Notes under the pieces: generated by a model | The model's database searches: none | The model's input: the letters and a program-made list of their open reading frames with translations, nothing else | What the model was told of the DNA's origin: nothing | Part shown: positions 19,692-29,703 of the stretch, piece by piece | Position numbering within the stretch: position 1 is the first letter of the stretch | How the letters are laid out: every line of letters begins with the position of its first letter | Program-made: the position numbers and the translations under genes | DNA from: Candidatus Gastranaerophilales bacterium | Lineage (GTDB): Bacteria > Cyanobacteriota > Vampirovibrionia > Gastranaerophilales > Gastranaerophilaceae | Length of the DNA stretch: 44,379 bases | Assembly: GCA_944323435.1 (NCBI GenBank) | Contig: CALUSN010000001.1 | Span: forward strand, 1-44,379 | Direction: 5' to 3'

Positions 19692-20468
19692 TTATTCTTC
19701 CGGAATTTTTCGTCTTACGTCAATATCTTTTCTGTTTCCGGAATAAGTTATATTTACTTCCTTTGCAGGAGTTATTTGTTTTAATTCTTTTACATCAAGA
19801 TTTTTCCCGAATTTACAGTCTGTAAGTTCAAATTCTCCATCTTTATTTTCTTTAGATTCAATATACCGCCCAGGATACAAATTTTTCGGATTAAAAATCA
19901 GGCTCCTGAAATTTTTTCCGTTCTCAAAAATTTCAGTAACACTGTTTATATTGCCGCTGTCTTCCACCTGAAACATTATGTACTTATTATTAATTTTTTC
20001 ATCAAAAATAATTACATTTGTTTTGTACGTTCCGTCCTCCTGTTTTACGGGCTGGATTTTTGATATAATATTTCCGGCTTTGTCTTTTTCCAGAATATTT
20101 TGAATGGTTTCAGGATTCTCAGAAGGATAGTATTCCGTAATTGTATCGTTTTTGTATTCTTTAATCAGTTTAAGTTTACCGTTAGAGTCATAAATTCTTT
20201 CACCGTTTATATCATCCGTTTTAAAGCTGTAAGGAAGTTCAAGCTTAGCCGGAACAAGTTTCATCATCTCTGCTGCAGCATTAATTACACCGATTGTATC
20301 TTTATCGATTTTTGGTTTTAATAAAACCTGATTGTAATTAGATATTGCTGCCAGACTTGATAAGTTTGCTTTCAGTCTTAAAGGATTCGGAGAACTTTCA
20401 GACGCATTTTCTTCTTCAACTTGTTTATTATATGCAACACTGGCTTTAAATGTTAAAGGATCAATCAT
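19692..20468 (-). CDS. Hypothetical protein
   Basis: 258-aa ORF; C-terminal part rich in beta-turn DxNG-type motifs; no recognisable family. Confidence 0.75.
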   Translation of the reverse strand: MIDPLTFKASVAYNKQVEEENASESSPNPLRLKANLSSLAAISNYNQVLLKPKIDKDTIGVINAAAEMMKLVPAKLELPYSFKTDDINGERIYDSNGKLKLIKEYKNDTITEYYPSENPETIQNILEKDKAGNIISKIQPVKQEDGTYKTNVIIFDEKINNKYIMFQVEDSGNINSVTEIFENGKNFRSLIFNPKNLYPGRYIESKENKDGEFELTDCKFGKNLDVKELKQITPAKEVNITYSGNRKDIDVRRKIPEE

Positions 20469-20538
20469 TTAAATAACCTTATAGTTTCTAACCTTATATG
20501 TTTATAAAAACATTTGCTTTACAAAAATTGCCTTATTT

Positions 20539-21315
20539 TTAATTTTTTCTGTTATTATTTAAATAATTCTTAACATTTGAAGAGAGAGAAATATTCTGGA
20601 GCATCATGTTATATTTCTTCAAATCCCCGATATTAGCGGCTTCCTGCAATAAATCTCTACGGGTAGAAAGCTGCATTTTTTCAGGTTCGTCTGATGAATT
20701 GTTTTTTTCATCGATTTTTTTTATAACCGTATCAATATCAGAAGAAGTTGTAATTCCGTATTTTGAAGCGATTTGCTTTACAGAAGCACCTGCTGGCAAT
20801 CTGTAAAGCCAGTTAATTGAATATTTGTCATTCTCTGAAAGCGAGGCAACACCGTACTGATGGGGGGTGTACATAATATCTTCTTTGTAAGGACTATGCT
20901 GTAAGCCGAGTGAATGCCCTATTTCATGGAGAATTGTGTGATAGACTTCTATATCGCTGTCGTATTTCTGGTGGATTCTGCCGTCAGTAAGTCCTATTGC
21001 AACTTCCGCTCCGTAAAGCCTTCCCTGAGGATCCCAGCTGAAATAACAGTGTCCGAGAGCCTGTCTGTCAACGCGTTTCCAGTCAATATTTATATTTGAT
21101 TCAAGAAGAACACTTGTAATTTTGAATCTTAATTTTCCTCCGGTTGCAGCGCACCACACATTAAATGCATCAATAACCATTTTTCTGAACTTGGCGTCTT
21201 CTCCCGGTTTGGAGTAAAACTTCATCGGCGCAATATAGACAACCAGATTGTTAATCGGCCATCTCATTATTTTACCGTCTTTTACACTTCCGTTAAGATA
21301 AGTTCTTCTTTGCAT
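20539..21315 (-). CDS. Matrixin (M10)-family zinc metalloprotease
   Basis: HEIGHSLGLQH extended zinc motif followed by Met-turn DIMY; no signal peptide. Confidence 0.88.
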   Translation of the reverse strand: MQRRTYLNGSVKDGKIMRWPINNLVVYIAPMKFYSKPGEDAKFRKMVIDAFNVWCAATGGKLRFKITSVLLESNINIDWKRVDRQALGHCYFSWDPQGRLYGAEVAIGLTDGRIHQKYDSDIEVYHTILHEIGHSLGLQHSPYKEDIMYTPHQYGVASLSENDKYSINWLYRLPAGASVKQIASKYGITTSSDIDTVIKKIDEKNNSSDEPEKMQLSTRRDLLQEAANIGDLKKYNMMLQNISLSSNVKNYLNNNRKN

Positions 21316-21437
21316 ATTTATAATATAGCATAGTTTTTAAGGTTTTCATATTTTAATATTTACCCGTATATTATGCCGCAGCGGGTAATATTGGAAATTC
21401 TAACTATATAGTATTTTTTATAAAGGGAGGAATTTAA

Positions 21438-22010
21438 ATGAATTTAGAAAAGTCAAAAACATTAGAATGTTTAGTAAATGCATTCGCCGGAGAGTCACAG
21501 GCGCGAAACAGATATACATTTTTTTCAAAAGTAGCAAAACAGGAAGGATATGAGCAAATAAGCGCAGTTTTTCTTGAGACAGCCGGAAATGAAGAAGAAC
21601 ATGCAAAATTATTTTATAAATACATACCTAATTCAAAACACTTAGGAGTAAGCGGTTCGTACCCGTTTTTTTTCGGAAAAACTTTCGATAATCTCCTTGC
21701 CGCAGCTGAAGGAGAGAGGGAAGAATGGGAAATTTTATATAAAGAATCCGCTTTAATAGCGAAAGATGAAGGCTTTGATGAAATATCCTTGTTATTCTCT
21801 AACATTGTTGAAATTGAAAAACGCCATGCACATAGATTTGAAGTACTTGCAGGTGTTTTGAAAGATAATACTGTGTTTAAGAAGGATGAAGTTACACAAT
21901 GGGTTTGCAGAAAATGCGGACATACCCAGATTGGAAAAGAAGCGCCATGCATTTGTCCTGTATGTAAACATCCACAAGGGTACTTTCAGCTTTATCTGGA
22001 AAGATATTAA
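21438..22010 (+). CDS. rbr: Rubrerythrin
   Basis: AFAGESQARNRY, EEEHA, EKRHA, C-terminal WVCRKCG...CPVCKHP; GGAGG RBS. Confidence 0.95.
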   Translation: MNLEKSKTLECLVNAFAGESQARNRYTFFSKVAKQEGYEQISAVFLETAGNEEEHAKLFYKYIPNSKHLGVSGSYPFFFGKTFDNLLAAAEGEREEWEILYKESALIAKDEGFDEISLLFSNIVEIEKRHAHRFEVLAGVLKDNTVFKKDEVTQWVCRKCGHTQIGKEAPCICPVCKHPQGYFQLYLERY

Positions 22011-22486
22011 CTTAGAATCTCATCAACGATTTCTCTAAAGGCTCCTTCACCGCCCTGTGCAGTTGTAATTTGAATGCCCGGAATCTTTTTAATCTTATCA
22101 ACCGCATTTGGTACCGTTACTGCGTACTTTGCAAAGCATAAAGAATCGTAGTCGTTTATGTCATCTCCAATATAAACGAAATCATCTTCGCTAAGGTCAT
22201 ATCGTTCGATAATTGATTTCAGAATATCAATTTTTATTCGTATACCCTGATGAACTTCTTTTATATTAAATTTTTTAGAGATAATTTCTATGGCAGAATT
22301 TGTTTCGCCGGATATAATACCTGTATGATATCCGTTTTTCTTTAAAATTGAAAAAGCCATAACATCTTTAAAATTTAACTTTCTTGACATTTCACCCTTT
22401 GAGTCTATATATACACAATTATCTGTAACAATACCATCAAAATCAGTTATCACAAACTTTATTGTTTTAGGCAAATGTACTACCAT
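22007..22486 (-). CDS. C0 HAD phosphatase, KdsC/YrbI family (nonulosonate-9-P phosphatase-like)
   Basis: TDFDGIVTD, ISGE, YIGDDIND, GGEGAFRE. Confidence 0.88.
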   Translation of the reverse strand: MVVHLPKTIKFVITDFDGIVTDNCVYIDSKGEMSRKLNFKDVMAFSILKKNGYHTGIISGETNSAIEIISKKFNIKEVHQGIRIKIDILKSIIERYDLSEDDFVYIGDDINDYDSLCFAKYAVTVPNAVDKIKKIPGIQITTAQGGEGAFREIVDEILS

Positions 22487-22506
22487 ATTGCGTCCTTTTT
22501 ATCCTT

Positions 22507-23376
22507 TTATCTTCTTCTCAGTTTTTTTATAATAGGCAGCTCGCTTTGATATACAACTTTTTTCCCGTCACCAAGCAGAACCGGAGTCTGTCTTACGTCT
22601 CTTACAAGATGATAAAGACCTGCCATCTCCAGGCTCGCCGCCTGATCGGAACCCCAATTGGTCCGGTCTGTTGTTATGTGCCGCTCTACAGAATTAGCAC
22701 CTAACGCTACTGCTAAAACCGATGGTGTTATGCCCCTTTCATGACCTGAATATCCGATAGGGCAGGAAAATTCCTTTCTGAAAGTTTCTATTACGCGTAA
22801 ATTGGTTTCATTAGCATTTGAAGGATATGTTGATGTGCAATGATACAAAATCAAATTATCTTCCCCTATAACAGAAACAGCATGTCTTATCTGTTCCATA
22901 GAACTCATACCGGTCGAAAGCAAAACCGGTTTGCCTTTTGATTTTGTATATTTTAACAGATTATCATCTGTTAATGATGCAGATGCAATTTTATAGCAAG
23001 GAACATCAAATTTTTCTATAAAGTCAACAGAAAGCTCATCCCAACAAGAAGCAAACCACATAATTCCCTGTTGTCTGCAATAACTATCGATTTCTTTATA
23101 TTCTTGTTCTCCAAATTCCAAACCGCGCTTCAAATCTTCATTTGTATTGCCGAAAACACTGGGACGTTCTTTTGCCAGTTCTTCTTTTGTATAAACAATA
23201 TCAATTGTCCTTTTTTGAAATTTTACGGCATCGCATCCTGTTGTAACTGCAATATCAATCATTTTTTTAGCAAGATTTACCGAACCGTTATGATTAATTC
23301 CAATTTCCGCTACAATAAAACAAGGATAGCCATCACCTATAATCTTATTGCCTATTTTTACACACTTTCTTTCCAT
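22507..23376 (-). CDS. NeuB-family nonulosonic acid synthase lacking the C-terminal SAF domain
   Basis: AEIGINHNG, VKFQKR, KIASA, LSTGM, HCTSTYP, GYSGHE, ERHIT; ends at 289 aa. Confidence 0.92.
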   Translation of the reverse strand: MERKCVKIGNKIIGDGYPCFIVAEIGINHNGSVNLAKKMIDIAVTTGCDAVKFQKRTIDIVYTKEELAKERPSVFGNTNEDLKRGLEFGEQEYKEIDSYCRQQGIMWFASCWDELSVDFIEKFDVPCYKIASASLTDDNLLKYTKSKGKPVLLSTGMSSMEQIRHAVSVIGEDNLILYHCTSTYPSNANETNLRVIETFRKEFSCPIGYSGHERGITPSVLAVALGANSVERHITTDRTNWGSDQAASLEMAGLYHLVRDVRQTPVLLGDGKKVVYQSELPIIKKLRRR

Positions 23377-23394
23377 TAAGACACCTTACATTTG

Positions 23395-24177
23395 CTACAA
23401 ATATTTTTTATACAAAGCAAATTCATCAGGATCGACTTTATGCTTATTATCTGTACTATTATCCTGATTGTTATCAAGCGGAGTAGTATGAAAAAGTTTA
23501 TCAATAATTCCATCAGAATTTTCTTCTTCATAAATCTCCGAAATATCAAAGCCTTCATCTTCTTTTGGGGTTTCTTTTTCTAACTCATCCGCAGCTTCCT
23601 GCTTGGGTTTTGATATGACCTTTGTGAATCCAGGAATTTCAATTTTAGGAATTTCAATTTTTGGAATCCTTATATTGGGAATTTCAATTTTAGAAAATTC
23701 ACCTTCTTCAATTTCATTTGCAGTATAACTGCCCAAATCTTTAATCAGATGTATAGAATTGGCAGCAGCGCCGATAAGCATTCTTTTGCCATCAAGTTCT
23801 ACTACGTGAAGGGATTTATTTGCCCCGAGCAGTGTCGTGGAAAGAACAGAAATATGGGAAGCAGTATTGTCACCCAACTGCTTTTTCATTGTTTTTAAAC
23901 CCAATTTATTAAGTTTTGTATACAAAATTCCTGTTGCATAAATTAATAAAATCACAAAAATAAGAGAAAAGAGCATTGATATAAAATTTGGCTCCTGCCC
24001 TACAGGCTGTGCAGCAACAGTGTTTACTGCATCTGTCGTTGTGATTGAAGAAGCCTGCGCCGCACTTGCAAGAGGTTCCGGCAAATCCGGCAGAATATCA
24101 AATTTATCTGAAGCATAACAAAATTGTGCTATACCTGAAAAATATACTCCAATTATTACGCCCAAAATCTTTTTCAT
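23395..24177 (-). CDS. fliO: Flagellar export assembly protein FliO-like
   Basis: Signal-like N-terminus, TM MLFSLIFVILLIYATG, then ISVLSTTLLGANKSLHVVELDGKRMLIGAAANSIHLIKDL typical of the FliO cytoplasmic domain; acidic tail with (K/N)I(E/R)IP repeats. Confidence 0.8.
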   Translation of the reverse strand: MKKILGVIIGVYFSGIAQFCYASDKFDILPDLPEPLASAAQASSITTTDAVNTVAAQPVGQEPNFISMLFSLIFVILLIYATGILYTKLNKLGLKTMKKQLGDNTASHISVLSTTLLGANKSLHVVELDGKRMLIGAAANSIHLIKDLGSYTANEIEEGEFSKIEIPNIRIPKIEIPKIEIPGFTKVISKPKQEAADELEKETPKEDEGFDISEIYEEENSDGIIDKLFHTTPLDNNQDNSTDNKHKVDPDEFALYKKYL

Positions 24178-24239
24178 TTAAACAAACCTTATTTTCTGTT
24201 ATAATTGTACCATAAAATTATAAAATAGGACAAGCCGGC

Positions 24240-25586
24240 ATGCTTTTTGAAATATTAAATCATATTTTAGGCGACAGTAGTACTTTTTTTATTCATATAT
24301 TGAATATCTTAGTCTTAATAACCTTGATAGCACTGTTTATTTTCGCAAGAAAGACCGGCAAAAACTGGACAAGAATTAATGATTATTTGGGGGTAATAAC
24401 AAAAACGGTTAATTCTGTACGTTATGGAGATTTGACAAAAAAAATTGAAAAAATGGATTTGCCAAACTCTGAACCGCTAGCAGAGAGTATTAACAGAATG
24501 ATAGAAACTCTTTCTGACAGAGAAAAAATGATAATTGAGTATCAAAATGAACTACACAGGCAAAATAAATTTTTAGAAGCGGTTATTAATTCACTGTCAG
24601 ACGGATTAATAATCTTAGATGAAAATCATCATATTCTACGTGCTACCTCAAAGATTAGCGAATGGTTTGAATCTGACGGTAAAAAACTTGTCGGAGAGCG
24701 CTGGGAAGATTATGTAAGACTGGCGCCAAGGTGTCATATTGAAAATTTAAATGATGATGAAATAACTATTATGGCAAATGAGTCGTTAAATTTTATAGCA
24801 AGCTCTATGGAATTAAAAATGGAGGATAAGAAAAAAAGATTTATTGTAATCATAAAAAATATTACTAACCAAAGAGAAATTGAGACTTTAAAAGAAGATT
24901 TTGTTGCAACTCTTACGCATGATTTAAAGGTTCCTATTATTGCAGAAACAAATATGCTGGAGTTATTTATAAACAAAAATTTTGGACCTATATCAGAAAA
25001 ACAGGAAATCGCTTTGAAAAATATGCAGGCATCAAATAGAGAGTTACTGGATTTGGTTCAAATAGTTCTCGAGACATATAAGGTCAAAGACGGCAATATC
25101 AGACTTTTCAAAGAAAACGTAATGTTGAAAGGTTTTATTCAGGAAATAATAGAAGAAATGAAGCCGATTGCCGGCAAGACAAAAAATTCTTTGAATTTTT
25201 TATCAGAGCGGGATATCAGAGTTTACGCAGACAGAATTCAGTTAAGAAGAGTAATAAAAAATCTTATACAAAATGCAATATCTTATGGAGAGCCAAATTC
25301 TCCTATTGAAATTAAAATTGGTGAAATACCAAAATATATTGTGATAAAGGTAAAAGATTACGGGGCCGGGATTCCAAAAACAGATATAGAAAAAATTTTT
25401 AACAGATATTACTCAGCAGCAAAAAAATTTAGAAAAATTGGCACAGGTTTGGGACTCTATCTGGCGCAACAGATTGTAAAATCTCATGGCGGAGAACTAA
25501 CGGCAGAAAGTGAAGAAGGTAATTATACAGAATTTACCATAAAACTTCCGGCTGTTATGAATATAAACCTGCATTACGGTGAATAA
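24240..25586 (+). CDS. Sensor histidine kinase (TM-HAMP-PAS-HisKA-HATPase)
   Basis: THDLKVP, NLIQNAISY, DYGAGI, GTGLGL all intact. Confidence 0.93.
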   Translation: MLFEILNHILGDSSTFFIHILNILVLITLIALFIFARKTGKNWTRINDYLGVITKTVNSVRYGDLTKKIEKMDLPNSEPLAESINRMIETLSDREKMIIEYQNELHRQNKFLEAVINSLSDGLIILDENHHILRATSKISEWFESDGKKLVGERWEDYVRLAPRCHIENLNDDEITIMANESLNFIASSMELKMEDKKKRFIVIIKNITNQREIETLKEDFVATLTHDLKVPIIAETNMLELFINKNFGPISEKQEIALKNMQASNRELLDLVQIVLETYKVKDGNIRLFKENVMLKGFIQEIIEEMKPIAGKTKNSLNFLSERDIRVYADRIQLRRVIKNLIQNAISYGEPNSPIEIKIGEIPKYIVIKVKDYGAGIPKTDIEKIFNRYYSAAKKFRKIGTGLGLYLAQQIVKSHGGELTAESEEGNYTEFTIKLPAVMNINLHYGE

Positions 25587-25763
25587 TTTCTTAAGTTAAG
25601 AATTATTGACTACACTAAAAACTACTCTGCCGTTGATGCTTAAACCGTTTGATAAGAACATTTGTTCATAAAATTTTTATTATATATGAATACCCTTTTC
25701 ACTATAAAAGTCTACCATCCGGAAGGAATAGAAATACTAACTCAAGAAATGTACCACAATAAA

Positions 25764-25837
25764 AATGTAAACTTTTGTATCAAAAAACTTAGAATGTGAA
25801 ATCGGAATTTTTCGATTTACTTTATATATATGTAAGA
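25764..25837 (+). promoter_or_regulatory. Conserved upstream element, copy C
   Basis: AATGTAAA-CT-TTTGTATC (25764-25781), N15, TGAAAT (25797-25802), N15, TACTTTATATATATGTAAGA (25818-25837), 23 nt to ATG. Confidence 0.85.
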
Positions 25838-25860
25838 TATAAAATCTAAGAGATAAAAAG

Positions 25861-26709
25861 ATGGGTTACTATACAGAAATTAGCAAAAGTACTGAATATA
25901 GAGCCGAAAACACCGCATTGTATAATAGAATGAACGGTGTAAACGGGCATACTGCAGCCGGTGTAATAGCTACACAGCTTGCACCACAGCTTTTGCAATT
26001 TACAATAGGGAAAATTTTATCCGGCAGTGGAAAAGCCGATAATGAAAAAGAAACCGTTAGTACAGAGGATAAGCAGAGAGAAGCTTTGCAAGATCAATTG
26101 AAGTCTGCATTGAAAGAAATTGGGGCAGATGACGAAAAAGGCATAAGCAAAGCCGTTGAAAAAGCTCAAAGCGACCATGATAAAAATATTAAAGCAAAAC
26201 AGGATATAGTAGATACCTTTACAAACGGTACAGATATTTATACTACGCAAATAACCGACCTGAAAGCAGAGCTTGGAAAGTTAACTACAGATAATGATCC
26301 TGATGGAAGTCAAAAAACAAAAATTGAAGGTCAAATAAAAGATTTAGAAAATAAACGTAATAAAGCTTTACAGCAAGCTCAAAAAGACTTGCAGGAAGTT
26401 ACGCAAAAAGAAGATAAAAAGTTGAATAATATTGTATTTAAGGCAGAAGAAGCACAGGCAATATTAGTTCAACTGCAAAATTTGAATGCGATTAATGAAG
26501 CTGATAAAGAGTCTTCTTATGACGCTGCACAAGAAGTTACAGACATGTCTAATTTTAACAAGGCTCGTGAAAAATTTCTGAAAAACAAAACAAAAGAAAA
26601 CGCACAGGCTTTAAAAGAAGCTTACGAACAGGTTGATAATAAAACAACAAAAGCTGCATGGGACAAATTTCTAAAAAAAGAGGTAGAAGAATTTCTAAAT
26701 GCTGCATAA
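25861..26709 (+). CDS. Hypothetical coiled-coil protein, likely distant paralogue of 11600..12547
   Basis: 282 aa; hydrophobic AAGVIATQLAPQLLQFTIG followed by a long coiled coil. Confidence 0.85.
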   Translation: MGYYTEISKSTEYRAENTALYNRMNGVNGHTAAGVIATQLAPQLLQFTIGKILSGSGKADNEKETVSTEDKQREALQDQLKSALKEIGADDEKGISKAVEKAQSDHDKNIKAKQDIVDTFTNGTDIYTTQITDLKAELGKLTTDNDPDGSQKTKIEGQIKDLENKRNKALQQAQKDLQEVTQKEDKKLNNIVFKAEEAQAILVQLQNLNAINEADKESSYDAAQEVTDMSNFNKAREKFLKNKTKENAQALKEAYEQVDNKTTKAAWDKFLKKEVEEFLNAA

Positions 26710-26781
26710 AAAGTTTATATAAGGTGACTAAAGTTTACCTTAAAAGTTTATTTACCCCATCTTACATCTTACTAAAAATTC

Positions 26782-26810
26782 AGCCCGCATATTGCGGGCT
26801 TTTCTTTTTT
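26782..26810 (+). terminator. Intrinsic terminator between convergent genes
   Basis: AGCCCGCA-TAT-TGCGGGCT followed by TTTCTTTTTT. Confidence 0.8.
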
Positions 26811-26840
26811 CTGCACTTTTATTTAATGTAATTTTTGTAT

Positions 26841-29348
26841 TTACTCTAATTCAGAGCGTTCAATTTCCTGTTTGGTTGTAAATTTAACAATATCACCAAC
26901 TTCAATATCATTAAACTTAACAAAAGAAATACCGCATTCAAAGCCTTGAGCGACTTCTTTAACATCATCTTTGAAACGTTTAAGCTGATCAACCGCTCCT
27001 TTAAAGATTTCTTTCCCGTTTCTGTAAATAGCTGCAGTATCGTTTCTGTTAATTTTACCTTCCGTTACATAGCAGCCGGCAATTTTCTGAATCTTACCTA
27101 TTGTAAAGATTTGTCTAATCTCAACCTTACCGGTTTCGACTTCTTTAACTTCCGGTGATAATAGAGAAATCATTGTTTTTTCAATATCTTCAAGTATCTG
27201 GTAAATAATTTCATACTTCTTAATTGTAACGCCTTCACGCTCGGCAGCAGCCAGAGCATTTGCGTCCTCTTTGACAGTAAATCCGAGAATTAATGCATTT
27301 GAAGCGGAAGCCAGCATTACATCAGCTTCTGAAATATCACCGACACCTACGTGGATAATTTTTGTTACAATTTCTTTTGATTCAAATTGTGCAATAGCCT
27401 GAGATACAGCCTCTGCAGCGCCATGGGTGTTTGCTTTGATAATCAAATTCAATTGAGGAATATCACCCTCTGCATCACCCGCTTCTCTTCTCATATGAGC
27501 CGGAAGCATTGCATCAAGTCTCTTGCTGCGTTCTTTTTCTTTACGCTTTTCTACAATAGATTTCATTTCTTTTTCGTTTTTAACAACTTCAAAGAAATCT
27601 CCGGCATTAGGAACTTCCGTTAAACCTAAAACCTCAACAGGTGTGGAAGGTTCAGCTTTTGTAATTCTTTCTCCTGAATCTGAAAGCAGTGCTCTCACTC
27701 TTCCGCAGGCAGTTCCGACAACAATGCAGTTTCCTGTTCTTAAAGTTCCGTTTTGAACCAGAAGCGTTGCAACAGGACCTTTTCCTTTATCAAGATTTGC
27801 TTCAATTACAACGCCTGTTGCTTCTGCTTTAGGATTAGCTTTCAAATCCTGAATTTCCGCAACAAGAAGAATGTATTCCAACAATTCATCAATACCTGTA
27901 CCCTGAAGAGCTGAAACATTTACAGTAATTGTGTCACCGCCCCAAGCTTCCGGAACAAGCCCGTGTTCAGTTAACTGCTGCAAAATTCTATCCGGATCAG
28001 CGCCAGGTTTATCGATTTTGTTAACCGCCACAATAATCGGCACTTCTGCAGCTTTTGCGTGGTTAATGGCTTCAATAGTCTGAGGCATTATGCCGTCATC
28101 AGCTGCAACAACAAGAATAGCAATATCCGTAGCCTTTGCGCCTCTTGCACGCATTTCCGTAAATGCTTCGTGACCCGGGGTATCTACAAATACTATTTTC
28201 TTTTCGTGTTTGTTGTCAAGATAAACTGTATAAGCACCGATAGATTGGGTAATTCCGCCGACTTCGGTCGCAACAATTTTGTGCTTTGAAGCTCTTATGC
28301 TGTCCAGAAGAGTTGTTTTACCATGGTCAACGTGTCCCATGATACTAACAACCGGAGCACGGCGCTTCAGAAGTTTCTTATCAACTTCACTCAAAGCTTT
28401 TTGCTTTTCTTCTTTTTCCAGTTCTTCTTCAATATAAGCGTCCAGGTCCTCTTCTAAGACTTCCAGATTATATTCCGCACAAACTTTCTTAATTGTATCA
28501 ACATCAATTAATTGGTTTACTGTTGCCATAATTCCCTGAAACATAAGGAATTTAACAATTTCAGCCGGAGTTTTATGAATTTTATCGGCAAGTTCGCTGA
28601 TTGTCATTGCAGAATTTACAACAATCTGTTTAACCTCTTCAACCGCTTCTTCTTTATGAACTTTTTTCTTATGTTTTTGAGCGGCAGCCTTTTCAAGAGA
28701 AATCATTTCCTGATCTTCTTTTTTAGAGTTAAAATCCTTGTCTTTCTTTCTTGTATCATTTTTTCTCTTGGAAGAAGGTCCGCCCTTTCCTTCATAAATT
28801 TCCTGTGGAATAATTCTTCTCTCAACAAGTTTCTTTTCCTGACCGCCTTTATGAGCAGGCTTTTTAGGCTTGTCATCAGAAGCTGCGGCAGCAGGTTTTT
28901 GGGGAGCTTTTCTTACAATTTCAATTCTTGATTTAGGATACTCAACTTTTGTACGTTCAACACGAACTACAGGTTTTTCAGTTTTTTTAGGTTCAACTTT
29001 TTCAACTGCAGCCTTCTTTTCCGGTTTTTCAACGCGTTCTATTTTCTCTGCTTTTTGAACCCTTTGCACTCTTTCAATCTTCGGGGCGGCAGCTTTTGAA
29101 GCGGCTTCTTCTTTAGGTTTTTCTTCAACCTGGGCAACTTTTGCTTTTTTCACTACAAATGCTTTAGGTTTTGAAGCAGTTTTTTGCGGAACAACTCCGA
29201 GATGCTCTTTTAGTTTACGAATCTGAACAGGAGTCACGGTATTAGAGTGCGATTTTACCATTATATCTATCTCGGCGAACTTCTCTATAACCTCTTTGCT
29301 GGTCATACCAAGTTCTTTTGCTAATTCACTGACTCTTAAACTGTTCAT
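26841..29348 (-). CDS. infB: Translation initiation factor IF-2
   Basis: N-terminal [35 protein letters not shown]. Confidence 0.98.
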   Translation of the reverse strand: MNSLRVSELAKELGMTSKEVIEKFAEIDIMVKSHSNTVTPVQIRKLKEHLGVVPQKTASKPKAFVVKKAKVAQVEEKPKEEAASKAAAPKIERVQRVQKAEKIERVEKPEKKAAVEKVEPKKTEKPVVRVERTKVEYPKSRIEIVRKAPQKPAAAASDDKPKKPAHKGGQEKKLVERRIIPQEIYEGKGGPSSKRKNDTRKKDKDFNSKKEDQEMISLEKAAAQKHKKKVHKEEAVEEVKQIVVNSAMTISELADKIHKTPAEIVKFLMFQGIMATVNQLIDVDTIKKVCAEYNLEVLEEDLDAYIEEELEKEEKQKALSEVDKKLLKRRAPVVSIMGHVDHGKTTLLDSIRASKHKIVATEVGGITQSIGAYTVYLDNKHEKKIVFVDTPGHEAFTEMRARGAKATDIAILVVAADDGIMPQTIEAINHAKAAEVPIIVAVNKIDKPGADPDRILQQLTEHGLVPEAWGGDTITVNVSALQGTGIDELLEYILLVAEIQDLKANPKAEATGVVIEANLDKGKGPVATLLVQNGTLRTGNCIVVGTACGRVRALLSDSGERITKAEPSTPVEVLGLTEVPNAGDFFEVVKNEKEMKSIVEKRKEKERSKRLDAMLPAHMRREAGDAEGDIPQLNLIIKANTHGAAEAVSQAIAQFESKEIVTKIIHVGVGDISEADVMLASASNALILGFTVKEDANALAAAEREGVTIKKYEIIYQILEDIEKTMISLLSPEVKEVETGKVEIRQIFTIGKIQKIAGCYVTEGKINRNDTAAIYRNGKEIFKGAVDQLKRFKDDVKEVAQGFECGISFVKFNDIEVGDIVKFTTKQEIERSELE

Positions 29349-29416
29349 CTAATATATTCCTTTCACCTTTTTCAGCATCTTTTGTAAAATCCCTGTCCTT
29401 GTTCCGCTGTCTAATT

Positions 29417-29668
29417 TTAACTACGATTTTGTAATATATTGCAGAACTCCGATTTATCGAAAAAGGCATTTGTTTTCAACACCTTGTTTAATTTTGATTT
29501 CTTTAATGCTGCATCAATACAACTTTGATTATAACAAAGATATGCAGATCTGCCAAATGTTTTGGAATCAGGGTTTATTACTACGTTTCCGTCTTTATAA
29601 TTCTTAGTAATCTTTATTAAATTTTCCCTCGGAATTAATTCTCCGCATCCGACGCATTTTCTTAGCAT
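29417..29668 (-). CDS. ylxR: YlxR/RnpM family RNA-binding protein
   Basis: RKCVGC...GRSAYLC; immediately upstream of infB. Confidence 0.9.
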   Translation of the reverse strand: MLRKCVGCGELIPRENLIKITKNYKDGNVVINPDSKTFGRSAYLCYNQSCIDAALKKSKLNKVLKTNAFFDKSEFCNILQNRS

Positions 29669-29703
29669 CTGCCGCCTTTCTTTTGTAAAAAAGCGGATTC
29701 AGG

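Noticed and set aside
21355-21392. Inverted repeat AATATTTACCCG...CGGGTAATATT upstream of rubrerythrin as a PerR/Fur operator
   Set aside because: Real inverted repeat but it does not match Fur/Per box consensus and occurs once; function unsupported
25656-25667. LexA/SOS box GAAC-ATTT-GTTC
   Set aside because: Single 8-bp-information match about 190 nt from the next gene, with no DNA-repair gene adjacent; expected by chance
16183-25724. Shared 12-mer TACCATCCGGAA at about 16183 and 25713
   Set aside because: Only 12 bp, with no extended similarity or common context
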